Below are positions 1 to 7,869 of a DNA stretch of 64,000 nucleotides, piece after piece. Every line of letters starts with the position of its first letter. Position 1 is the first letter of the stretch. The notes below the pieces were generated by a model. The model searched no databases. It saw only the letters and a list, made by a program, of their open reading frames with translations, and was not told the origin of the DNA. The position numbers were made by a program, and so were the translations under genes. The stretch comes from Veleropilina oligotropha (Eukaryota). The DNA is taken from positions 372,001 through 436,000 of the forward strand of contig JBEUKZ010000084.1 in NCBI GenBank assembly GCA_048128005.1. The letters are read 5' to 3'.

Positions 1-85
1 CCCACCTATCCAAGGTTATTCTGGCAAGAGTAAGGACGTAAGTATGTTTGTAACTATATATGAGGTTTTAATGTAAACCTAATAT
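1..85 (+). mobile_element. DIRS copy E0 (E3 family): 3' region and left part of its ICR, interrupted by E1; the rest lies upstream of the window
   Basis: 1-85 matches E3 from ~31667 (cccacctatccaaggttattctggcaagagtaaggacgtaag...aaacctaatat); the match resumes at 7481. Confidence 0.9.
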
Positions 86-299
86 CTATATCAAATATAC
101 TTACGTCCTTACTAATGCCATAATAAGCCTATTATCGCTAAATCCGGACAAGGTGGAAATGGTAATTTGCACTTCTTTTAGTAAATTGAACCCAGCTGAC
201 CCCCTGACCTGCTCGACCTCCTCCAGTTCATGTCCAGTAAGAGCTCGCCAACTCCCGCGAGATCTTCTTGACCAAGGGTCAAGACCTCATCCGAAGTTT
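82..299 (+). repeat. E1 left inverted terminal repeat
   Basis: Reverse complement of ~7243-7448; ORFs 153+ and 7153- encode the same peptide start. Confidence 0.92.
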
Positions 300-1097
300 T
301 CCGCTCGATTGAACAAGTCGCGTTTTGCTTTGCTCCACAATCTTTGTGATTTTTCGATCTTTTTTGAGCTCGATTTTAATAATCTATCAGCTCATAAGGT
401 CTAGTATAGTGTTGTGAACACGTTTAGTGGAAAGTCGAGAGTCTCTTCCTGAATAAGACGCCTTCTTAGAAGTTTTCCTGTCTTCAAGAGGACAAAAACG
501 AAATCGACACCCTCCATTGACGACGCCATCTTGGAATTCTGAAAAGACAGAAAAGAGGCCGCTCAGAGGGATATTTAAAGAAGGAAGCTCCCTAGCAATA
601 ACTACGGAGTCAGGATAAGAGAGTTGATTATTGATATTGCTTGAATTTGCATTGCATTTCATTTATATATACGATAATTCCTCAACGACTTTTTTCTTGC
701 TATAATTTTATGTAATAAAATTTATCGTCGTTGAAAAGCAGATTATTTAGAATTTAACTAGCGTTATTTTGGTAAATCTGCTAAATCGGGGATAGCACGC
801 CGAATTCTAACAAATTGATATATATACATCCAAGAGGTTTTTAGGTGTAAAAGGGCGGTTTCTTAAAAAGAAAGACCTCCCGTTTCTCAATTCGTTGACC
901 GACTGGTTTTTAAAAAAGTAAAATATAAAGTCGGTGTTTTTGGGCGTATAATCCGCCGTAAGTTCTAAGCGTATTTCAGCCTTTTCCTACTCTCGGATCA
1001 GGTACAATCGAGGTTGTAGTAGTAATTTGGTAAACTACCCGGGAAATATCCTTATCACTTTAAAAACCCTATCTCCTACCTACCCGTGTGTGTAGCT

Positions 1098-3317
1098 ATG
1101 AAGCATTGCAGTGTTTCCGAGTGCCGACAGAAAATCCGTGGTTTTGACAAGCACTCCGAATGCACTTTTCACCGTGTATGTTCTAGCGATAAGGACCATC
1201 CATGTGGGCATTGCGTAACACTGACGAGTCGGCAGTGGGAGACTCTTTTCCCTTCGGAGAAGACAACCAGGGTATCTTCTTCCGAGGGGGCATCCACCGA
1301 GAAGCTCCAGAGGCTAGAGACAGGTTTTAACCCTTCACTTTCTCTTTCAGACCCTCTTGATGGTAGCCGTGGTGGGCCCGACGACACCTCCGAGACTTTG
1401 GGGAAAGTCCCGGAATCGTCGGGATCTCAGATTCAGGTAAGGGACCGAGTTCCGACCGATACCTCTCCTTTGGGCCTAGTAACCGCTGCTCAAAGTATCT
1501 TGCCGGCCAGTGAGATACATCGAGCGCCGCGGCGAAAAGCTGTACAGGGCAGACAAAACCTTACCTCTCCTCCGGCCTCGGAGGAGCAAGGCAGCGTTAG
1601 TCCTTCTGTGAGTCAAGTAACCTCTGAAAAGAGGCGAAGGAGACTAGCAGAAAAAGTCGATACAGTTGCTGGGCACCACGACCGTGGTCGAAGTCCCAGA
1701 CGCTCGACGCAACCCGTCCTCTCGTCCGACAATGGCGCTAGCTTAAAGGCTAATATCGCCGCTGTCGGAGCCCACGAGAGTGATGGAAGGCCAACCTCCT
1801 CTGACGGTTCTTTTCAAGACGTCCCGGGTGGTGTGGTAGGATCGGCTGCGTTCGGGGCTGAGGCGTACGGCGGGTATACCCCCGTGCCTCACCCGAGCAG
1901 GGTTACAGACCCGTATGGACTGTGGTCGCAGTCTTACGGGTCGCTCGCTCCGTTTAACACGCCTCCGGGCCGTTTCCCTGGTAGCGGTTTCCCGACAGGT
2001 AACCCGAGTCCCTGGTACTCGGCTCCACCTGTCCGTGCAGCCCGTCCCCCATGCGCTACGGTAACCTCGAGCGGACCAATGGCTGTTGGTCCGACGTCCG
2101 TCATGCCTCCGGGTTTCTCTCTTGAGAGCGTCCAGGCAATGATTGCGATGGAAGTCGAGGCACGTTGTAGGTCCTGGCAACCGGCTACCCAGCCGCCCCA
2201 GGTCCCAACGTCTCTGACCGTAACGCCGGGCTCGGCTCATGCTTCGGTGATGGAAGTCGATCCTCGTTCCGACGAGGACAGTGCTTCCACTCACTCTGAC
2301 CTCCCTGAATCGGTCGGACCGGACGACTCTTGTAGTCAGTCGGGCACGCATGAGACCATCTCCGCCACCCGCAGAAGATACGACGCTGTCGCGTCGCTTC
2401 GCGGGGTGCTAGACTTGCCCGACCCGGCTCTGCCGGTAGGCTTCGTCAGGCACAGGACAGCGGCACGTCGATTTGATGGGCCGGAAGCCCCCCTGCTTCC
2501 TACCCTACCCCAGTCTGGGTTGGTCTCGCTCGTCCTCGACTCGGCGACCAAATCCATTCAGGGACCCAAATCGGTGGAGACTTCCTCATTAACAGAGTAC
2601 CCTCGTGGTCTCCGTAAAGGGAAGTACCTCCGACCCGGTAAGCGTCCGATTTCGATCGGATGCTCTGGGGCGTGTCTGGAGACTGAGCCGGTTCAGATCG
2701 ATGCAGCGATGCGTCGACTGTCGGCCAGCACAGCTCCCTCAGTGGTCAAAGTCCCATGGGTCGCCATGGAGGGCTTTGAGAGCTCCGCTCGTCGGGCTCT
2801 ACGGCATGCCTCTATCCAGGATTTTTTCCTAGACGGAGCCATTACCGTACTACAAGAGAACGGACCCCGCGCTCGTGAGATCGCACTGTCCTTTCTCGAA
2901 GAGGTTGCCGCCTCCACGGAGCACTCCGCGTCGGAGTCAGCCCGATCCTTAGGCAATGCTGTCCTACTTCGTAGAGACGCTTGCCTAGACGGCACCACGC
3001 TAGATGACGCCACCCGGCAGTCTCTACGTTGTGTACCGTTGTCGGCCTCTACTCTCTTCGGAGACAAATTCCCCGAATTTGTCGAGAAGCGAGCGGCTGA
3101 CCTCAAGGATCGCGCAATCGAGAAGGCAGTCTTGGCTACTCCTCGGAGCACGCCGACTGCTACCTCTAGGAAGCGCTCGAGACCGTCCCGGTCTCATACG
3201 CCTTCCAAGCGTGTTAAACCTTCGCCGGGTCGGCCTTCTCAGGCCAATAAACCTGTCGCGAAGAAAACACCTCCGACGAAATCCCGTCAGAGCGGGAGAG
3301 GGAAGCCGCGGCCCTAG
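1098..3317 (+). CDS. gag: E1 ORF1, Gag-like protein (739 aa from first ATG)
   Basis: N-terminal Cys/His cluster (C..C..DKH..C..HR.CS..PC..C), S/P-rich middle, conserved LLRRDACL and LFGD motifs, basic tail; homologous in E2 and E3. Confidence 0.85.
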   Translation: MKHCSVSECRQKIRGFDKHSECTFHRVCSSDKDHPCGHCVTLTSRQWETLFPSEKTTRVSSSEGASTEKLQRLETGFNPSLSLSDPLDGSRGGPDDTSETLGKVPESSGSQIQVRDRVPTDTSPLGLVTAAQSILPASEIHRAPRRKAVQGRQNLTSPPASEEQGSVSPSVSQVTSEKRRRRLAEKVDTVAGHHDRGRSPRRSTQPVLSSDNGASLKANIAAVGAHESDGRPTSSDGSFQDVPGGVVGSAAFGAEAYGGYTPVPHPSRVTDPYGLWSQSYGSLAPFNTPPGRFPGSGFPTGNPSPWYSAPPVRAARPPCATVTSSGPMAVGPTSVMPPGFSLESVQAMIAMEVEARCRSWQPATQPPQVPTSLTVTPGSAHASVMEVDPRSDEDSASTHSDLPESVGPDDSCSQSGTHETISATRRRYDAVASLRGVLDLPDPALPVGFVRHRTAARRFDGPEAPLLPTLPQSGLVSLVLDSATKSIQGPKSVETSSLTEYPRGLRKGKYLRPGKRPISIGCSGACLETEPVQIDAAMRRLSASTAPSVVKVPWVAMEGFESSARRALRHASIQDFFLDGAITVLQENGPRAREIALSFLEEVAASTEHSASESARSLGNAVLLRRDACLDGTTLDDATRQSLRCVPLSASTLFGDKFPEFVEKRAADLKDRAIEKAVLATPRSTPTATSRKRSRPSRSHTPSKRVKPSPGRPSQANKPVAKKTPPTKSRQSGRGKPRP

Positions 3318-5391
3318 GGTTGCCGGCGCTCGCGACGAGCTCAGTTGCACGCTTCCGCCGGTGGGAGCGTGTCTGTTAGAGTACAGCCTGTCCTGGCTGG
3401 AAATGACAGAGGACAACTGGGTTCACTCAGTCGTGAGTGCCGGATACAAGTTGGCATTCGACCGGCATCCAACCCTAGACGCGACACCACCACCAGGACG
3501 CGCTCGTCTCCTGATAGGAGAAAAACAAGCGGTCCTAGACCAGGCAGTGCGGGATTTACTCTCAAAGAGAGCGATCTATCCCGCGCCGCCCAGCACACCA
3601 GGATATTACAGCCACTTTTTCCTGGTCCCGAAACCCGACGGCCGTTGGCGACCGATCCTCGATCTGTCGTTCCTCAACCAGTATCTTCGTACCGAGAAGT
3701 TCAAGCAAGAAACACTCTCGAAGATACGAACGGCCATCCGTCCGGGCGACTGGGCAGCGTCTATCGACTTAACCGATGCGTACCTACACGTTCCGATGCA
3801 TATCTCGGCTCACCGGTACCTACGGTTTGTTCACGGGGGAACGATCTACCAGTTCAGGTGTCTACCGTTCGGTCTATCGTCAGCCCCGTACGTCTTCACG
3901 CGAGTAGTACAGGCTCTCGGGGCCTTCCTACACTCGCGAGGGCACAGAGTACACATGTACCTCGACGACTGGTTGATTCTCGGGGCGTCCCGGGATCAGT
4001 GCCTCCAGTCTATGAGCGTTACCCTGTCATCGGCGAAGCGCCTGGGATTACAGATCAACAACGACAAATCCTGCTTCGTGCCCTCGACGACGTTTATATT
4101 TCTAGGGGTCGAATTCGACACGGTCCGGTACACCGCGAAACCGACTCAGAAACGTATAGAGAACCTACGCGCAGTTATACTAGAAACGAAGTCTTCACGG
4201 ATAACTACAGCGCGACGACTGGCCACTGTCCTAGGGCACATCGAGTCGGTAGCTCCCCTGTTACCGACAGGTCGCATGGACAAACGACCGTTGCAGCAGG
4301 CCTTCAAGGACCGCTGGATACAACGTACGGGACAGTGGACGGATCGCATCGATCTACGGCATTGGTTCAATCGCACGACAGCAGTGTGGTTGAACACTTC
4401 CCTGCCGAGCCAGTCGGTTCCAATATCCCCCCCAGAACCGAACGCCTACCTCTTCACGGACGCGTCAAACGAGGGCTGGGGAGGTCACTTCGACAGTCAC
4501 GAGACATCGGGCCTCTGGCCTACGGACCTTCAGGGACGACACATCAACTTCCTAGAGTTAGAGGCCGTCTACCTGTCAGTACAGTCCCTCTCGTCACATC
4601 TCCGAAACAAGCACATAATGCTAGCAACGGACAACACGACTGTCGTCGCTTACATCCAGCACCAGGGCGGCACTCGCTCCCGTCCGCTTTGCGACCGAGC
4701 GATAGACCTGCACCGCCTAGTGATGTCACTCAACTCGTCAATTCGAGCCCGACACATCCCGGGGAAGCTGAATGTCAGAGCGGATACGCTCTCTCGGAAA
4801 ACACAGATTATTCACACAGAGTGGACGCTACACGCCCGTGTAGCCCGAGATGTCTGTCGCCTGTGGTCGACACCTCAAGTCGATTTATTCGCAACCGAAT
4901 TCAATCACCGACTCCCTCTCTATGTGTCTCCTTACCCGGACCCGGCCGCTATTGCAGTCGACGCTCTGTCAATGAGATGGGAGAATCTGATCGCCTACGC
5001 CTTCCCACCGTCGTGCATGTTGGCACAAGTACTACGGAAAGCGACCCGCGAAGACTGCGAGTTGACGCTAATAGCACCTCTACAACGAACGCAGTCCTGG
5101 TTTCCGACACTTCTGGATCTACTCATCGATCAGCCACGAGCGCTACCGCAGATGGCAGACCTGTTGTCTCAACCGCGCAGTCGGGTTCTACACCCGTCGG
5201 CGAACGAGTTTCACTTTCACGCCTGGCGACTATCGAGAGATCGCTCATTAAGAAGGGCTTTTCTAGAGCGACAGCCCAGCGCATTTACCGATCTAGAAGA
5301 CAATCTACGACAAGGGTATATGACTACCGATGGAAAAAGTTTGTGGATTGGTGTCGCGGGCGGCAAGTCAATATATTCCGCCCCCCTGTGA
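3004..5391 (+). CDS. pol: E1 reverse transcriptase-RNase H-methyltransferase-like ORF (conserved part starts ~3313)
   Basis: RT motifs DLTDAYLHV, LPFGLSSAP, YLDDWL; RNase H FTDASNEGWG, INFLELEAV, TDN, HIPGKLNVRAD; MT-like VDLFA...YAFPP. Confidence 0.95.
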   Translation: MTPPGSLYVVYRCRPLLSSETNSPNLSRSERLTSRIAQSRRQSWLLLGARRLLPLGSARDRPGLIRLPSVLNLRRVGLLRPINLSRRKHLRRNPVRAGEGSRGPRVAGARDELSCTLPPVGACLLEYSLSWLEMTEDNWVHSVVSAGYKLAFDRHPTLDATPPPGRARLLIGEKQAVLDQAVRDLLSKRAIYPAPPSTPGYYSHFFLVPKPDGRWRPILDLSFLNQYLRTEKFKQETLSKIRTAIRPGDWAASIDLTDAYLHVPMHISAHRYLRFVHGGTIYQFRCLPFGLSSAPYVFTRVVQALGAFLHSRGHRVHMYLDDWLILGASRDQCLQSMSVTLSSAKRLGLQINNDKSCFVPSTTFIFLGVEFDTVRYTAKPTQKRIENLRAVILETKSSRITTARRLATVLGHIESVAPLLPTGRMDKRPLQQAFKDRWIQRTGQWTDRIDLRHWFNRTTAVWLNTSLPSQSVPISPPEPNAYLFTDASNEGWGGHFDSHETSGLWPTDLQGRHINFLELEAVYLSVQSLSSHLRNKHIMLATDNTTVVAYIQHQGGTRSRPLCDRAIDLHRLVMSLNSSIRARHIPGKLNVRADTLSRKTQIIHTEWTLHARVARDVCRLWSTPQVDLFATEFNHRLPLYVSPYPDPAAIAVDALSMRWENLIAYAFPPSCMLAQVLRKATREDCELTLIAPLQRTQSWFPTLLDLLIDQPRALPQMADLLSQPRSRVLHPSANEFHFHAWRLSRDRSLRRAFLERQPSAFTDLEDNLRQGYMTTDGKSLWIGVAGGKSIYSAPL

Positions 5392-6305
5392 CCAAATTTA
5401 TCGAGTTCTTATCGTCGTTGCTAGAACGGGGAATGTCAATTTCCGCAGTCAAAGGCTACCGTTCATGCGTAGCTACAACGTTACGGCAATGCCGCGAGCA
5501 CACCCGCTTGTCTACCGACAAAACTATATCGGACTTCATACGCTCCTATCAACTCGAACGGCCCATTCAGCGAGTGCGACCGCCCGCTTGGAATGTTTTG
5601 TTAGTTCTCAATGCTTTACTTAGAGGCCCGTACGAGCCTATGAGTGAGTGTTCCCTCAAAAATCTCACTTATAAGACCGTATTTCTAACCGCCCTCGCCA
5701 CGGGTAACCGGGCCTCGGAGATACACGCGTTATCCGGAGAGCTTCGAGACATACACTTCCACACCGATGGGTCGGTGACACTGCGTACTGTCCTTGGCTT
5801 CCTAGCGAAGACACAACGACCTGATGATATCAGTCCCGAGGTTTGTATTCGTAACCTCTCCATGCTGGATAGAAATGATATCGACCGCCTCAACTGCCCG
5901 GTCCGCGCGCTGAGGTTCTACCTGGATCGCACCCGAGACTTACGGCACGGTAAAAAGAATTTATTCGTTAGCCATATGCCTCAATTCCACCGCGACATTC
6001 GCAAATCGACTGTTTCACGTTGGATTGTCTCGGTTGTTAAGGAGATTTACTCCCGGTCACATGAGCCAGAACGAGATCTCGTTTCAATTCACGCGCACGA
6101 GACACGTGGAGTAGCCTCTTCGTTAGCCTTCAAATATAATTTGAATATCAATGAAATCTTGAAGGCTTGTTATTGGAGGAACGCAAATACCTTTGTTCGC
6201 TTTTACCTGCATGATTATGCGACCACGGCTGAGGGTGAACATCGGATTTCCTTTGTGGCGGCAGGACAACAATGTATCACGGGATCCGGGTCATCCCGAC
6301 AGTGA
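3345..6305 (+). CDS. E1 tyrosine recombinase ORF, with a long N-terminal part overlapping the RT ORF (frame open from 3318)
   Basis: C-terminal RASEI, CPVRAL, HETR, W and FVRFY catalytic motifs. Confidence 0.93.
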   Translation: MHASAGGSVSVRVQPVLAGNDRGQLGSLSRECRIQVGIRPASNPRRDTTTRTRSSPDRRKTSGPRPGSAGFTLKESDLSRAAQHTRILQPLFPGPETRRPLATDPRSVVPQPVSSYREVQARNTLEDTNGHPSGRLGSVYRLNRCVPTRSDAYLGSPVPTVCSRGNDLPVQVSTVRSIVSPVRLHASSTGSRGLPTLARAQSTHVPRRLVDSRGVPGSVPPVYERYPVIGEAPGITDQQRQILLRALDDVYISRGRIRHGPVHRETDSETYREPTRSYTRNEVFTDNYSATTGHCPRAHRVGSSPVTDRSHGQTTVAAGLQGPLDTTYGTVDGSHRSTALVQSHDSSVVEHFPAEPVGSNIPPRTERLPLHGRVKRGLGRSLRQSRDIGPLAYGPSGTTHQLPRVRGRLPVSTVPLVTSPKQAHNASNGQHDCRRLHPAPGRHSLPSALRPSDRPAPPSDVTQLVNSSPTHPGEAECQSGYALSENTDYSHRVDATRPCSPRCLSPVVDTSSRFIRNRIQSPTPSLCVSLPGPGRYCSRRSVNEMGESDRLRLPTVVHVGTSTTESDPRRLRVDANSTSTTNAVLVSDTSGSTHRSATSATADGRPVVSTAQSGSTPVGERVSLSRLATIERSLIKKGFSRATAQRIYRSRRQSTTRVYDYRWKKFVDWCRGRQVNIFRPPVTKFIEFLSSLLERGMSISAVKGYRSCVATTLRQCREHTRLSTDKTISDFIRSYQLERPIQRVRPPAWNVLLVLNALLRGPYEPMSECSLKNLTYKTVFLTALATGNRASEIHALSGELRDIHFHTDGSVTLRTVLGFLAKTQRPDDISPEVCIRNLSMLDRNDIDRLNCPVRALRFYLDRTRDLRHGKKNLFVSHMPQFHRDIRKSTVSRWIVSVVKEIYSRSHEPERDLVSIHAHETRGVASSLAFKYNLNINEILKACYWRNANTFVRFYLHDYATTAEGEHRISFVAAGQQCITGSGSSRQ

Positions 6306-7088
6306 TTGGTTTGTGGAATTTCACCAGACACTGAGGTAATATAATGTAATTCTATTTGTGTACATTGAAATCACCTTTAGAATTTATTCCAATGTTATTT
6401 CTTTCTTAACCTGATTAAGAAATTGAAATTATTATTCATACTGAGTTAATATGAAGCAATGCCCACATTGGATGTAGACATTTATATTATTAAATCTTAA
6501 TAATGCTTTTTGGTAAATAATATTATTTTAAAATGTTCTTCTGCTGTCTCAGAACATTTCAATGTGCGTACATTGAAAAATTTTATTATTATTCTCTACT
6601 AAAAATTATTTAAGTAACATGTATCATGTTGACATTTTGCAAGTTGGACATGCAAAAGTTTATTATTCAAGATGAAGTTATTGAAATTTTCTTCAATCTA
6701 TTGATAATTGTCACGGTTTTATAACACTATCTACCTGCCTAGGTTCGGGTGCTTCTAAAAACCACGTCTTGCAGTTTTCTGTCTGCCGACCTTTGAGTCC
6801 GGAATATTCAGATCACTGTTTTGCTCATGACACGAGTGCCTCAAGGTATACCTTCCGCCGGTGTCCGGAGCTACATGCACTTTCGTGTTACCCGTCCGAC
6901 TAACATCCCTGGCGTGTTTTCCCAGATTTCTTGGTCGAAATCTCACCTCGGGGTAAGGGTAGATTTGATGCTCAGTAAAATCCACTCTGAACGGACTCGA
7001 TCTCAACGCTAAAGCGTCGTCTTCTGGTAACAAGTAAGTTTTAATTTTGGTGTATGGAACTTATAACTCCGCCAACCAAAGTTATTCT

Positions 7089-7178
7089 TGGCATTAGTAA
7101 GGACGTAAGTATATTTGATATAGATATGAGGATTAAGAGTAATCCCTTGTATCTATAATAATATACTTACGTCCTTAC
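7089..7178 (+). repeat. E1 internal complementary region (ICR)
   Basis: Reverse complement of the left end joined to the reverse complement of the right end, overlapping at ATAT. Confidence 0.93.
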
Positions 7179-7242
7179 CCACTTGGCCCACCCTGCTTCG
7201 CACCTCCCCTCTTATATAAGTTCTTTGTCTTGGGGTTTGCAT

Positions 7243-7484
7243 AAACTTCGGATGAGGTCTTGACCCTTGGTCAAGAAGATCTCGCGGGAGTTGGCGAGCT
7301 CTTACTGGACATGAACTGGAGGAGGTCGAGCAGGTCAGGGGGTCAGCTGGGTTCAATTTACTAAAAGAAGTGCAAATTACCATTTCCACCTTGTCCGGAT
7401 TTAGCGATAATAGGCTTATTATGGCATTAGTAAGGACGTAAGTATATTATTATAGATACAAGGGATTACTCTTAATCCTCATAT
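7243..7484 (-). repeat. E1 right ITR plus right-end extension
   Basis: Inverted copy of 82-299 plus a short unique extension mirrored in the ICR. Confidence 0.92.
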
Positions 7485-7831
7485 TAGTATAAAACATACT
7501 TACGTCCTTACACGATTACCCACCCTGCGTTTCGCATTCCTCCCCTCTACTACGTTCCTTTGGGGTTTTTGAACTTTGAATTGAGGTCTTGTGACTTCTA
7601 TTGTTCAGAAGTCTCGCGAGACTTGGCGAAGTCTCGCGAGACTTGGCGAAGTCTCGCTAGGAACGTGATGGGGGAGGAGCAGGGGAGGTAACCGTGTACG
7701 TTTTTGACTTGTTAAGAGTGCATTATGGGACATATTCACTATTTCCGGTTTGGCGATAATATAACTATTATGGCAAGAGTAAGGACGTAAGTATGTTTTA
7801 TACTAATATTAGGTTTACATTAAAACCTCAT
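7481..7831 (+). mobile_element. DIRS copy E0: right part of ICR, linker and right ITR
   Basis: Near-identical to E3 ~31748-32079, apart from a 20-bp tandem duplication and a few substitutions; ends ...taaaacctCAT like E3. Confidence 0.9.
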
Positions 7832-7869
7832 TTTTGGATCACTTAGCAAAAATTGTTGTTTGTTTTTCA

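Larger units (their letters stand above)
82..7484 (+). mobile_element. Full-length DIRS-type tyrosine-recombinase retrotransposon E1
   Basis: ITRs (82-299 / 7243-7484), ICR 7089-7178, gag, RT/RH/MT and YR ORFs all intact; ATAT at both junctions. Confidence 0.96.

Noticed and set aside
153..404. Mirror ORFs in the ITRs (153+ and 7153-, 24526- and 31858+)
   Set aside because: By-products of the inverted repeats with non-ATG starts, not conserved between families.
6780..7000. Twister or hammerhead ribozyme identity for the 3' RNA
   Set aside because: UAACA and a GCCG hairpin are reminiscent, but the element order, pseudoknot partners and CUGAUGA core are missing.
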